This document shows positions 13,546 through 23,250 of a stretch of DNA of 64,000 nt, in pieces (the stretch's first letter is position 1; the number at the start of each line of letters is the position of its first letter). The notes below the pieces were generated by a model. It ran no database searches and was not told the origin of the DNA. It saw only the letters and a list, made by a program, of their open reading frames with translations. This stretch comes from an uncultured Solirubrobacterales bacterium (GTDB taxonomy: Bacteria > Actinomycetota > Thermoleophilia > Solirubrobacterales > 70-9): positions 6,165 to 70,164 of the forward strand of contig CAVOKZ010000020.1 in the NCBI GenBank assembly GCA_963696625.1. The letters run 5' to 3'. The position numbers and the translations under genes were made by a program.

Positions 13546-14307
13546 CTAGTTCTCCTTCGGTCGGTACATGCGCTCGGTGACCCGCAGCTTAATTCCCGCC
13601 GGGGCGGGACCGTTGAGCCGCATCATCTGGCGCATGACGAAGCCCGGCACGACCGAGCGCTTGCCGCGTTCGAAGGCCGCAAGGCTCTCGGCCACGCACT
13701 GCTCGGCGGGGATCGAGCCGGGCGGGATCGACTCCTTGGGGATCTTGGCGATCTCCTGCCACTCGGTCGGGACCGGGCCGGGATTGACCGACATCGCCTT
13801 GACGCCGGTGCCCTTGAGCTCGACGTGCAGCGCGTCCATGAAGGTCTTGGCGAACGCCTTGCTGGCGCTGTAGGTGGTCTCGTAGGGAAGAGGCTGAAAG
13901 CCCGCGGTCGAGGCGACCGTGATCACGCCGCCCGAGCCGCGCTCGACCATCTCGGGCACGAAGGCGTGGGTGAGGATGACGACCGCTTCGCAATTGACCC
14001 GGACCATCTCGGCTTCGGAGGCGGCATCGATCTCGAGGAAGCGCCCGTGGTTGCCGAAGCCGGCGTTGTTGACGAGCAGGTCGACGTCGACGCCGAGCTT
14101 CTGCACCTTGCCGTGGAGCTTGTCGGCCTCGTTGGCGAGGTCGCACTCGATCGCGTGGGCCGTACTCGGCAGCTCTTTCGCGAGCTTGTCGAGACGGTCC
14201 TTGCGCCTCGCGACAAGGATCAGCTCGTAGCCTCGCTCGGCGAGCTGCCGCGCGAACTGCTCCCCGAGCCCCGAGGACGCCCCGGTAACCAAAGCAACGT
14301 CTGGCAT
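13546..14307 (-). CDS. SDR-family oxidoreductase
   Basis: MPDVALVTGASSGLG (TGxxxGxG), NNAG, YSASK. The rest of the 596-aa ORF is antisense to dgt. Confidence 0.88.
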   Translation of the reverse strand: MPDVALVTGASSGLGEQFARQLAERGYELILVARRKDRLDKLAKELPSTAHAIECDLANEADKLHGKVQKLGVDVDLLVNNAGFGNHGRFLEIDAASEAEMVRVNCEAVVILTHAFVPEMVERGSGGVITVASTAGFQPLPYETTYSASKAFAKTFMDALHVELKGTGVKAMSVNPGPVPTEWQEIAKIPKESIPPGSIPAEQCVAESLAAFERGKRSVVPGFVMRQMMRLNGPAPAGIKLRVTERMYRPKEN

Positions 14308-14376
14308 GCCGGACAGCCTAACCGGCCCCACACCGGACCTGCCGGAGTGGCCACTAGGATCGTCTCCGAACCGTTT

Positions 14377-15411
14377 ATGGCCACCGACACCGAGATCCAC
14401 ATCCCTGGACCAGACGCTCCCCTGGAGGAGCGGGTGCGCGCGTGGGAGCGCGCGGCGCTGTGGGATCTCGCCATTCCGTCCTATCCGGCCGAACGCCGCG
14501 AGCCCGAGGAGGACAGCCCGGTCAGGACGCCGTTCCAGCGCGACCGCGACAGGATCGTCCACTCGAAGGCATTCCGGCGGCTGAAACACAAGACGCAGGT
14601 CTTCATCGCGCCCGAGGGCGACCACTACCGGACGCGGCTGACCCACACGCTTGAGGCCTCCGGCATCTCGCGGACCGTCGCCCGCGCGCTGGGGCTGAAC
14701 GAGGACCTGACCGAGGCGATCGGGCTCGGCCACGACCTCGGCCATCCGCCCTTCGGGCACATCGGCGAGGAGGTGCTCGATCAGGCGCTTTCCGAGCACG
14801 GCCGCAGCTTCCGCCACAACGAGCACTCGCTGCGGGTCGTCGAGGTGCTCGAGCGCGAGGGGCGGGGCCTCAACCTCACCGAGCAGGTCCGCGACGGGAT
14901 CCTCAACCACACCGGATCCGGGAAGCCGGCGACGCTCGAGGGACGCGTGGTGCGGATCGTCGACCGCGTCGCCTACATCAACCACGACATCGACGACGCC
15001 CTGCGGGCGGGGATCATCGCCGAGGACGATCTGCCGGCGGCGCAGATCGAGCTGCTCGGGCAGACCGGCAGCGAACGCATCGATCGCCTCGTGCGCGACA
15101 TGGTCGAGACTTCGCGCACGGCCGGCGACATCGCCCAGTCCGAGGAGGTCGGCGGGGCGATGCTGAGGCTGCGCAAGTTCATGTTCGAGCGCGTCTACCT
15201 CGGGCCCGAGGCGCGCGGCGAGCACGAGCGGGTGCGGCGGACGCTGCTGGGTCTGTTCGAGCACTACTTGGAGACGCCGGACGAGGTTCCCGAGACCGAG
15301 CCGGGCGCCGACCTGCTTCAGCGGGTGACCGATCACCTCGCCGGAATGACCGACCGTTACGCGATCGCCCGCTTCAAGGACCTGGCGCTGCCCGAAGAGT
15401 CAAGGCTGTGA
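14377..15411 (+). CDS. dgt: dGTP triphosphohydrolase-like HD-domain protein
   Basis: FQRDRDRIVHSKAFRRLKHKTQVF, HYRTRLTHTLE, GHDLGHPPFGH; immediately upstream of dnaG as in actinobacteria. Confidence 0.9.
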   Translation: MATDTEIHIPGPDAPLEERVRAWERAALWDLAIPSYPAERREPEEDSPVRTPFQRDRDRIVHSKAFRRLKHKTQVFIAPEGDHYRTRLTHTLEASGISRTVARALGLNEDLTEAIGLGHDLGHPPFGHIGEEVLDQALSEHGRSFRHNEHSLRVVEVLEREGRGLNLTEQVRDGILNHTGSGKPATLEGRVVRIVDRVAYINHDIDDALRAGIIAEDDLPAAQIELLGQTGSERIDRLVRDMVETSRTAGDIAQSEEVGGAMLRLRKFMFERVYLGPEARGEHERVRRTLLGLFEHYLETPDEVPETEPGADLLQRVTDHLAGMTDRYAIARFKDLALPEESRL

Positions 15412-15575
15412 TGATCGAATTCAAATCCGGGTGTGACCGGGGATTCGCCCGGCCAAGCAGATCAAGGACGCAGGGTGCAGCCTTTGGCGGCGCCAAAGGC
15501 AAACCCGAGGACGCCGAGATGCGCAGTGCCGGGTGGATCATCCGGGTGCGCGGGGATTTGGGTTCGGTCATCTAA

Positions 15576-17338
15576 GTGGCGAAGTTCTCGCCCGACACCG
15601 TCGACCGCGTCAAGGAGGCCGCCGACATCGTCGAGATCGTCTCGGCTTACAGCGATCTGCGCCAGCGCGGCCAGGATCACTGGGGGCTGTGTCCCTTCCA
15701 CGACGAGCGGACGCCCTCGTTCAAGGTCAACCCGCGCGACAAGCTCTACTACTGCTTCAGCTGCGAGGCGAGCGGCGACGTGATCCGCTTCGTCGAGGAG
15801 AAGGAGGGGCTCAACTTCCCCGAGGCGGTCGAGTCGCTCGCGGATCGCTACGGGGTCGAGATCGTTCGCGAGAACGAGGATCCGAAGGCGGAGGCGCGGA
15901 GGCGAAAGCGGGCCCGGCTGCTCGAGCTGCTCGAGCGCACGGCGGCGTTCTACGCGACCTACCTCCGCGACGCGCCCGAGGCGGCGAAGTCGCGGGAGTA
16001 CCTGGCCGGCCGCGGCCTCTCCGAAGAGACGCTGGCGAAGTTCGAGGTCGGCTTTGCGCCCAACCGCTGGGACACGGTGATGATGCGCGGCCAGCAGGCC
16101 GGGTTCTCGCTCGAGGAGCTGGTCGAGTCGGGTCTCGTCACCCGCGGCCAGAAGGGCCCGCAGGACAAGTTCCGGGCGCGGATCATGTTCCCGATCCGCG
16201 ACCACAAGGGGAAGGTCGTCGGCTTCGGCGGCCGCGCGACGCGCGAGGGGCAGCGGGCGAAGTACATGAACTCGCCCGAGGGCGAGCCTTCCACAAGAGC
16301 CGCATCCTCTACGGCTTCGACCGGGCGCGGGCGGTGGTGGTGAAGACCAAGCGGGCGGTGGTGGTCGAGGGCTACACCGACGTGCTCGCGCTGCACCAGG
16401 CGGGCATCGAGGACTCGGTGGCGGTGATGGGCACGGCGCTGACCGAGGACCAGGTGAAGCTGCTGTCGGGCAACTGCGAGGAGCTGGTGCTGGCGATGGA
16501 CGCCGACCAGGCCGGCCAGGACGCGATGATCCGGGCACAGGCGATGGCGGCGCAGAAGAGCCTGACCCTGCGTGTCGCCGCGCTGCCCGGCGGCAAGGAC
16601 CCGGCCGACCTGCTGCAGACGGGCGAGGCAGACGCCTTCGGCGCGGCGCTCGAGGGCGCCGTCGACTACTCGGCGTTCCGGGTCGGCGTGGCGCTCGATC
16701 GCGCCGATCTCGGCTCGGGGTCGGGGCGCGAGAAGGCGCTGACCGAGGTGGTCCCCGTGCTCAAGGCGCTCGGCGACACCGTGGCGCGCGACGAGCAGGT
16801 GCGGAGGGTCGCCTCGGCGCTCGAGGTCGGGCCCGAGCTGGTCTCGCGGCGGGTCGACGCGGCGGCGGCTCCGCGCCCGGCCGATGCGGCGCGCCCAGCC
16901 TCGGAGTCCGAGCCGGCGCCCGCGCCGGTGCCGCTCACCCCGCGCGAGATCCGCGAGCGCCAGCTGTTCCAGATGTGCATCGCCGACCCGGGGGAGGGGA
17001 GGGCATGGCTCGAGAAGATCGACGAGGCCCACCTCTCCTCGCCGCTGGCCGGCCGCGTGGTCGTCTGGCTCCGCGCCCACCTCGACGACCCGACCGCCGG
17101 CCTGCCGCGCAACGACGACGAGCTCGTCTCGCTCGTCACCCAGCTGGTGATGAGCGCCGACCGCGACCTCGCCTCGGGCGAGGCGATGGAGCTCAACTTC
17201 CTCCTGCTCGAACAGCGAGCCCTCGAAGACCGCATCGCCGAGGCAAAGGCAGCAGGCGACTACGCGGCGCAGCAGGCGCTCAGCAACGAACGCGCCGCCC
17301 TGGTCCAGCGCATAGCCGGCGCCGAACAGGTCGCTTAG
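15576..17338 (+). CDS. dnaG: DNA primase DnaG; frame broken by an apparent 1-nt deletion near 16288
   Basis: Zinc finger CPFHDERTPSFKVNPRDKLYYCFSCEASGD. ...AKYMNSPEGEP / FHKSRILYGFD... continues in another frame into the TOPRIM VVVEGYTDVLALHQAG. Length 1763 = 3n-1. Confidence 0.92.
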
Positions 17339-17391
17339 CGGCACGAACATACGTTCGCTTTTCCGTCCGGTCGGCATGGCACTTTCGATTC

Positions 17392-17889
17392 ATGGACGAG
17401 ATCAACGAGGCCCCGGCGACGATCCGCGTACGGGCGCCCATCCACGAGGCCGGTCTTGGCACCGAGTGCATGAGCGCCGCGCCCGACCCCAAATCCGATG
17501 ACCAGGCGGTCCTGCTCAACACCCCCTTCTGGGTCGACGATCTCAACTACGGCGACATCGTCAAGCTCGGGCCGCCCGACGACATCGGCCTGCGCCCGAT
17601 CGTCGAGGTGGTAGTCGCCAGCGGCCACCGCCACGTCCTGGCGCTCACCGGCCCTCATCCGAGCGCCGGCCTCTACCAGACGCTGATCCAGGAGTTCCCC
17701 GACCACGCGCTGCGGATCGAAGGCCACGCCGACGCGATGCTCTGCGTCAGCGTCCACCCTGATTTCGACCCGGAGGATGTCTCTGGGGTGATTGCGATGT
17801 GGATGGACGAACAGGGCCTCGACGACCGCGGCATCGTCAGCCCCGTTTGCGAAACGAAGATCGGTCCTCTGGAGTGGCCGACCCGATGA
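17392..17889 (+). CDS. hypothetical protein, DUF4265-like
   Basis: 166 aa; LLNTPFWVDDLNYGDIVKL resembles DUF4265 (recollection only). Stop overlaps the next start (ATGA). Confidence 0.55.
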   Translation: MDEINEAPATIRVRAPIHEAGLGTECMSAAPDPKSDDQAVLLNTPFWVDDLNYGDIVKLGPPDDIGLRPIVEVVVASGHRHVLALTGPHPSAGLYQTLIQEFPDHALRIEGHADAMLCVSVHPDFDPEDVSGVIAMWMDEQGLDDRGIVSPVCETKIGPLEWPTR

Positions 17890-18632
17890 GCGACGCGTTG
17901 CCCGAAAAGGGGTTCCTCCAGAGCTGCATCGCGCAGGGGATGTCACTCGAGCAGATCGGAGAGCTGGTCGGCAAGCACCCGTCCACGGTGAGCTACCACC
18001 TGAAGAAGCACGGCCTTAGGCCGGTTGGGCAGGAACGGCACGCGCCGACCGGTGCGGTTGATCCCGAGCGCCTGCGTTTCTTGATCGAAGAGCAGGGTGC
18101 GTCGATCCACACGGCCGCGAGCGAGTTCGGATCTTCGTACTCCACGACCCGTTATTGGGTGCGGAAGCTTGGGCTCAAGACGCGCCGGATGATCCGCCTC
18201 CAGCAGTCTCGAGAGGCCAGGGCGAACGGGGACGGTGGAGCGTGGCTCGAATGTCTCGTGCATGGGCAGACCTGGTTCTTTGCTCGGCCTGACTCTGGAT
18301 TCCGATGCTCTAAATGTTCGTCCGAGGCTGTGTCGAACTCACGCCGGCGTCTCAAGCTTCGCCTCGTCGAGCGCGCAGGTGGATGCTGCGAGCTTTGCGC
18401 GTACGACCGCTGCGTATGGGCGCTTCAGTTCCATCACGTAGTCCCGGAGCTGAAGAAGTTCAATCTGAGCCGAGAGGGGGTTACGAGGTCATTTGAGGAG
18501 GCGGCGGAAGAGGCCGACAAGTGCGTCCTGCTCTGCGCAAACTGCCATGCGGAACTCGAGGCCGGACTCGTCGAGTTGCCGACCGAGCTGCTGGAGGTAA
18601 GGTTGTTGGCGGCCGAGCCCGTTCCGAACTAG
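17886..18632 (+). CDS. HNH endonuclease-domain protein with N-terminal HTH-like segments
   Basis: MSLEQIGELVGKHPSTVSYHLKKHG; CxxC pairs (CSKCS, CELC); FHHVVP...CANCHAELE (HNH). Confidence 0.7.
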   Translation: MSDALPEKGFLQSCIAQGMSLEQIGELVGKHPSTVSYHLKKHGLRPVGQERHAPTGAVDPERLRFLIEEQGASIHTAASEFGSSYSTTRYWVRKLGLKTRRMIRLQQSREARANGDGGAWLECLVHGQTWFFARPDSGFRCSKCSSEAVSNSRRRLKLRLVERAGGCCELCAYDRCVWALQFHHVVPELKKFNLSREGVTRSFEEAAEEADKCVLLCANCHAELEAGLVELPTELLEVRLLAAEPVPN

Positions 18633-18650
18633 CTCAGCTGGCTTAACTGA

Positions 18651-18725
18651 TCCGGGGTAGCTCAACTAGGCCAGAGCGCTCGACTGTTAATCGAGAGGTT
18701 GTGGGTTCGATTCCCACCCCCGGAG
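18651..18725 (+). tRNA. tRNA-Asn (GTT)
   Basis: Acceptor TCCGGGG/CCCCGGA, D arm GCTC..GAGC, anticodon stem CTCGA/TCGAG with loop CTGTTAA, T arm GTGGG TTCGATT CCCAC. Confidence 0.9.
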
Positions 18726-18734
18726 CTCTCTCCT

Positions 18735-19727
18735 CTAGCGGTGCTTGACGCCTTCCTTGGCGAACGGCCCGAGCTGGTGGCCGCTGACGATGTGGCCCTC
18801 GAGCGCCTCGTCGATCGCGCTCAGCACCTCATCTGAAAGCTCAGTCCCCGATGCCTCGGCATTGGCGTGCACCTGCTCGGGTCGTGTGGCCCCGACGATC
18901 GCCGAGGCGACCTCCTCGCGGCGCAGGACCCAGCCGAGCGCCATCTGCGGCATCGTCAGCCCGGCGCCCTCGGCGATCGGGACCAGCTTCTGAACGGCCT
19001 CGAGCAGCCCGACCTCCATGTAGCGGCTGATCGCAAGGCTCATCTCGTCGCTCGCGGCGCGCGAGTCCGGCGGCGGCTGCTCGCCCGGCTTGTACTTGCC
19101 GCTGAGCACGCCCTGGGCCATCGGCGACCAGCAGATCTGCGAGATCCCGTTCTGGGCGCAGAGCGGGAAGATCTCCTCCTCCGGCGCCCGCCAGATCGCG
19201 TTGTACTGAGGCTGCGAGGAGACGAACTTCTTCGCCCCCTCGACCGCGAGCGCCGCGTCGATCTGCTCCGGGGTCCACTCGCTGAAGCCGATCTGGCGCG
19301 CCTTGCCGGCCTCGACCACCTCGGTCAGCCCCTCCATCGTCTCCTCGATCGCGACCCCGGTGTCGAAGCGGTGGCACTGGTAGAGGTCGACGTGGTCGGT
19401 TTGCAGCCGCGCCAGCGAAGCGTCGATCTGCTTGTGGATCTGCTCCTTGGAGAGCCCGGCGTCGGTCTCCGACATCGGGAAGTAGACCTTGGTCGCGAGC
19501 ACGTAGGAATCGCGGTCGAACCCGGAGAGGATCTCGCCCCAGGCCTCCTCCGAGGCCCCGACTCCGTAGACGTTGGCGGTGTCGAAGAAGTTGATCCCGG
19601 CGTCGAACGCGGCTTTCGTGCAGGCCTCGGTCTGCTCGCGCTCGATTCCGCCCGAGTAGGTCAGCCATGATCCGAGCGAGATCTCCGAGACCTGGATGTC
19701 GCTGTCGCCGAGCTGCCGGAACTTCAC
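18735..19727 (-). CDS. aldo/keto reductase
   Basis: GTG 19727 gives VKFRQLGDSDIQVSEISLGSW...FFDTANVYG...HVDLYQCHRFD...; only the last 330 codons of the 788-aa ORF. Confidence 0.88.
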   Translation of the reverse strand: MKFRQLGDSDIQVSEISLGSWLTYSGGIEREQTEACTKAAFDAGINFFDTANVYGVGASEEAWGEILSGFDRDSYVLATKVYFPMSETDAGLSKEQIHKQIDASLARLQTDHVDLYQCHRFDTGVAIEETMEGLTEVVEAGKARQIGFSEWTPEQIDAALAVEGAKKFVSSQPQYNAIWRAPEEEIFPLCAQNGISQICWSPMAQGVLSGKYKPGEQPPPDSRAASDEMSLAISRYMEVGLLEAVQKLVPIAEGAGLTMPQMALGWVLRREEVASAIVGATRPEQVHANAEASGTELSDEVLSAIDEALEGHIVSGHQLGPFAKEGVKHR

Positions 19728-19768
19728 GGCAGTGACTCTACCCAGGCCCCGGCGCCGCCGAACACGCT

Positions 19769-20962
19769 TTAGGTGCGAGCCAGCCCCTCGACCGCGGCGG
19801 CGCCCGCCTCGGCGCCGTCGTGCTCGCGGCTCCAGGCGGCCAGCTCTCGTGCCCGGTCGCGGTAGCTCCCGTCGCCGAGGATCCGCCTGACCGCGGAGCG
19901 CAGCGACTTCGGCCCGAGCAGCCGCCGCGGCAGCGACAGCCCCGCGCCCGACCACTGAACCCGCATTCCGTTCTCGGCCATGTCGCCAACCGCCGGGCAG
20001 CAGAGCACCGGCGTTCCCGAGTCGAGCGCCCGCGCCACCGTCCCGTGCCCGCCGTGGCAGACGACCACGTCGGCGAGCGGCATCAGCTGCGAGTAGCTCA
20101 GCCACGGCTCGAGCACGGCGTTGTCGGGCACCTCGAGCCGCTCGATCGGCCGGTGCTTGTTGGTCGTCGCCACCACCCGCACCGGCTCGTCGGCGAGCCC
20201 GTCGAGCGCCGCCCTCAGCATCACGCACATCGGGTCCTGGGCGGTGCTCGGCGCGACCAGCACCAGCGGCTCCTCGCCCTCGGGGATCGCGATCTCCTCC
20301 CAGGGCAGCTCGAAGAACATCGGCCCGGTGACCAGCGCCTGGGGCGGCCACTCGCGCGGGTACTCGAGCTGGGGGAAGGTCGCCACCATCGCCAGCTCGG
20401 CGCTGGTGCCGCCGTGGAAACGATCCATCGGCTCGAGGCCGAGGCGCTCGCGAGTCGCGTTGAGGTCGCGCAGCCCCTGGCGCAGCCCGATCTTGAGCAG
20501 CGGCAGGGGCAGCCGCCAAGCGAGCCTGCCGACCGGGGTCCGCGGCGGCCGCCAGCCGAGCGAGAACAGCGGCATTCCCGGTTCCTGAACCGGGAACACG
20601 TGGGGGATCAGGGTCGCGCGCTTGGCCCCCGCGACCTCGGCCGCCAGCGCCGGCGCCGGCGTGAGGATGTCGTTGACGACGACGTCCGGCTTGTAGTCGG
20701 AGATCAACCCGACCAGCGCCTGCGCCGCGTCGGCGGCGGTGCGCCCGTCGTCGGAGTCGGCCCCCGGCGGCGGGTACACCTGGTAGGCCTGCGCCGCCGT
20801 GAACGGCAGCCCGGCGCCCTCGGCGGCCTCGCGCCACTGGGCCCAGCTCTCGACCAGCACCTCGTGCCCGCGAGCCTGCAGCGCCTGCGCCAGCGCGAAG
20901 GCGGGGAAGCAGTGCCCCGGGTCGCCGAAGGCGGCGACGATGAAACGCAATCGTCCGCCCAT
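19769..20962 (-). CDS. GT1-family (MGT/UDP-glycosyltransferase-like) glycosyltransferase
   Basis: MGGRLRFIVAAFGDPGHCFPAFALAQAL...; C-terminal donor-binding VVCHGGHGTVARALDSGTPVLCCP. Confidence 0.85.
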   Translation of the reverse strand: MGGRLRFIVAAFGDPGHCFPAFALAQALQARGHEVLVESWAQWREAAEGAGLPFTAAQAYQVYPPPGADSDDGRTAADAAQALVGLISDYKPDVVVNDILTPAPALAAEVAGAKRATLIPHVFPVQEPGMPLFSLGWRPPRTPVGRLAWRLPLPLLKIGLRQGLRDLNATRERLGLEPMDRFHGGTSAELAMVATFPQLEYPREWPPQALVTGPMFFELPWEEIAIPEGEEPLVLVAPSTAQDPMCVMLRAALDGLADEPVRVVATTNKHRPIERLEVPDNAVLEPWLSYSQLMPLADVVVCHGGHGTVARALDSGTPVLCCPAVGDMAENGMRVQWSGAGLSLPRRLLGPKSLRSAVRRILGDGSYRDRARELAAWSREHDGAEAGAAAVEGLART

Positions 20963-20988
20963 CACTCTGGTGTGCCGGTGGTATCCAT

Positions 20989-21531
20989 GTGCTCGTGAAC
21001 AAGCGACGCAGCTCATCCCAGCGCCTCCGCAACGCAGTGGAGGCGATGCCCCCCGCGACGCGGGAGGCGATGCTACGCGGGATCGCCGAGAACGAGATCA
21101 TCGTCGGCGCCTACGTCGACAACGCGACCGGCGGCATCTGCCCGATGCTCGCCGCCCACCGCTGCGGCGGGCGCACCGCCTTCGGTACCTTCGCCCGCGC
21201 CTGGGACCAGTTCACCAGCGCCGACCCCAAGCGCCCGCGCCCGGCGAGTAGGCGCGAGATACGTGCCCTGCGCGGGTATCTCGAGCGCGCAATGATCGGC
21301 GACGATCTCTCGCGCACCCCGCTCGCCGACGAGGTCCGTGAGGTTCAGGCGACCCGCCGACGTCTCGCCGAAGCCGACGCCCGCGACGACGCCGAGGTCA
21401 CGGTCGAGGACGTCCTCGCCGGCGCCCACGCCGAAGCCGAGCAGGAGCGCAGCGAGCGGCTCGCCCGCGAGGCCACAACGGAACCTGTGTTGGATCCCGC
21501 TCTGCTCAGGGAAGAGCGCCCCGAAGTCTAG
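20989..21531 (+). CDS. hypothetical protein
   Basis: 180-aa ORF divergent from the GT1 gene; GC3-rich codons; no motif recognised. Start uncertain (ATG 21047 is an alternative). Confidence 0.4.
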   Translation: MLVNKRRSSSQRLRNAVEAMPPATREAMLRGIAENEIIVGAYVDNATGGICPMLAAHRCGGRTAFGTFARAWDQFTSADPKRPRPASRREIRALRGYLERAMIGDDLSRTPLADEVREVQATRRRLAEADARDDAEVTVEDVLAGAHAEAEQERSERLAREATTEPVLDPALLREERPEV

Positions 21532-21541
21532 TCTGGCGCCC

Positions 21542-22471
21542 GTGCCCCGGGCGCCCAAGATCTCGGTCGTCGTCCCCGTCCGCAACGGGGAGGACACCGT
21601 CGGCATCTGCATCGACTCGCTGCTCGACTGCGACTACCCCGATTCCGATCGGGAGATCCTCGTCGTCGACAACGGCTCCGGCGACGACACCGCGGCCGAG
21701 ATCAACGCCCGCCCTGTCACCTACCTCTACGAAGCGGAGCGGGGCGTCTCGCACGCCCGCAACCGCGGCATCAAGGCCGCCCGCGGTGAGATCGTCGCGC
21801 TGCTCGACGGCGACTGCGTCGTCGTCCCGGAGTGGTTGACCGAGATCGAACGGCCCTTCGAGGATCCCTCGGTTGGGTGCGTCGCCGGCGAGCTTGAGAA
21901 CCGGCCGCCGCGAACCGCCGCCGAGCGCCAGGCCGAGCGCATGCTGGGCCGCTGGCAGCGCTTCGCGGTCAACTCCGATCCGCCCTACGCGGTCACCGCC
22001 AACGCCGCCTTCCGCCGCAGGGTGCTCGAGCAGCTCGGCGGCTTCGATCCCGAGATGCCGCGGGCCCAGGACGTCGAGCTCGGCCGCCGGTTCCACGCCC
22101 GCAGCGATCTGCGACTGGCGTTCAGCCCCGGTGCAATAGCCCGCCACCGGCACACGACCACGGCGAGGCACTTCTTCCGCCAGCAGCTCGGCTGGGCCTA
22201 CGGCGCGGGCCTGCTGGAGGCGCGCCTCGACGGCGATGAGCGCGTCCCGCCGCCGAAGCTGAGCTACGTGACCGTCACCGCCCGCGGCCTCGCCAACGTG
22301 CTGTTGCACCGTGCCCGCGGGCGCGGCGAACACCGCTGGCTGGAGGACGCCTGGTTCTCGTTTCTGCGGCAGGGCGCCTGGTTCACCGGAATCCGGGCAG
22401 GCCGCCTGCGCGGGTCGCTGAAGCGCGGGCCTAGGGCGAAGCCATCCCGAGCAGCTCGCTCGGGCGCATGA
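21542..22471 (+). CDS. GT2-family glycosyltransferase
   Basis: GTG 21542 gives VPRAPKISVVVPVRNGEDT...ILVVDNGSGDDT...ALLDGDC...(DxD), QDVELGRR. Confidence 0.85.
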   Translation: MPRAPKISVVVPVRNGEDTVGICIDSLLDCDYPDSDREILVVDNGSGDDTAAEINARPVTYLYEAERGVSHARNRGIKAARGEIVALLDGDCVVVPEWLTEIERPFEDPSVGCVAGELENRPPRTAAERQAERMLGRWQRFAVNSDPPYAVTANAAFRRRVLEQLGGFDPEMPRAQDVELGRRFHARSDLRLAFSPGAIARHRHTTTARHFFRQQLGWAYGAGLLEARLDGDERVPPPKLSYVTVTARGLANVLLHRARGRGEHRWLEDAWFSFLRQGAWFTGIRAGRLRGSLKRGPRAKPSRAARSGA

Positions 22472-23168
22472 AGACGATCTCGGGGATCAGGCAGGCGGGG
22501 GAGGTCCGCAGCAGCAGCCGCACCGCCTCGGCGATGTCCCCAGCGCGGATCATCTCGTCGGCGGCCACCTGGTCCTTGATGAACTCGGCCATCGGCGTGT
22601 CGACGAACCCGGGACAGAGCGCGGTGACCTGGATTCCCTGGCCGGAGACCTCGTGCTGGGTCGCCTGGCTGAAGCCGATCGCCGCGGCCTTGGTCGCCGA
22701 GTAGACCGAGAGCCAGCCCTGGCCGGCCTTGCCGGCGATCGACGCCGTGTTGACGACCAGCGCCTTCTTGTGCTCGGCGCCGGCCTCGCGCAGCATCGGC
22801 AGCGACTCGCGCGTAGTGAGGATCATGCTGCGCAAGTTGACCCCGAGCTGCATGTCGACGTGTTTGGTGCCGAGCTCGGCCATCGGCTGACCGATGCCGA
22901 CGCCGGCGTTGTTGGCGAGCACGTCCATGCGACCGAACTTCTCCTTGTGGGCCGCGACCATCGCCACGACCTCTTCCTCGTTGAGCATGTTCGTCGGCAC
23001 CGCGAGCACGTCGAGGCCCGCCGAGCGCAGTTCCTCGGCCGCGGCCTCGAGCTTCTCCGGCCGCCGGGCCGAGACGGTGAGGCCATAGCCGTCTTCGCCC
23101 AGCGCACGGGCTATCGCCAGCCCGATTCCGCTCGACCCACCGGTGATCAATGCCGCTCGCTCAGCCAC
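22431..23168 (-). CDS. SDR-family oxidoreductase
   Basis: ALITGGSSGIGLAIA, NNAG, YSATKAA. Confidence 0.9.
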   Translation of the reverse strand: MAERAALITGGSSGIGLAIARALGEDGYGLTVSARRPEKLEAAAEELRSAGLDVLAVPTNMLNEEEVVAMVAAHKEKFGRMDVLANNAGVGIGQPMAELGTKHVDMQLGVNLRSMILTTRESLPMLREAGAEHKKALVVNTASIAGKAGQGWLSVYSATKAAAIGFSQATQHEVSGQGIQVTALCPGFVDTPMAEFIKDQVAADEMIRAGDIAEAVRLLLRTSPACLIPEIVFMRPSELLGMASP

Positions 23169-23250
23169 GGGCGGCAGCCTATTCGGCCGAAGCGTTGACC
23201 GCAGCTTGAGCCGCAGTCACTACGATGCCGCGGTGCTCGCTGTTGGGAAA

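Noticed and set aside
13546-15336. 596-aa minus-strand ORF
   Set aside because: Only the last 254 codons (13546-14307) encode the SDR. The upstream part is antisense to dgt.
16288-16289. Programmed frameshifting or pseudogenisation of dnaG, and likewise recN, Hpt and LLM
   Set aside because: There are no slippery heptamers or stimulatory structures, dnaG is essential, and the contig shows raw long-read artefacts. Indel error is the simpler explanation.
18631-18650. CTAGCTCAGCTGGCTTAAC just before tRNA-Asn as a second tRNA
   Set aside because: It resembles only a D-arm segment, lacks the other arms, and overlaps the end of the HNH gene.
18735-21101. 788-aa minus-strand ORF
   Set aside because: Only 18735-19727 is the aldo/keto reductase. 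The remainder is an out-of-frame overlap of the GT1 gene, which is in the 19769-20962 frame.
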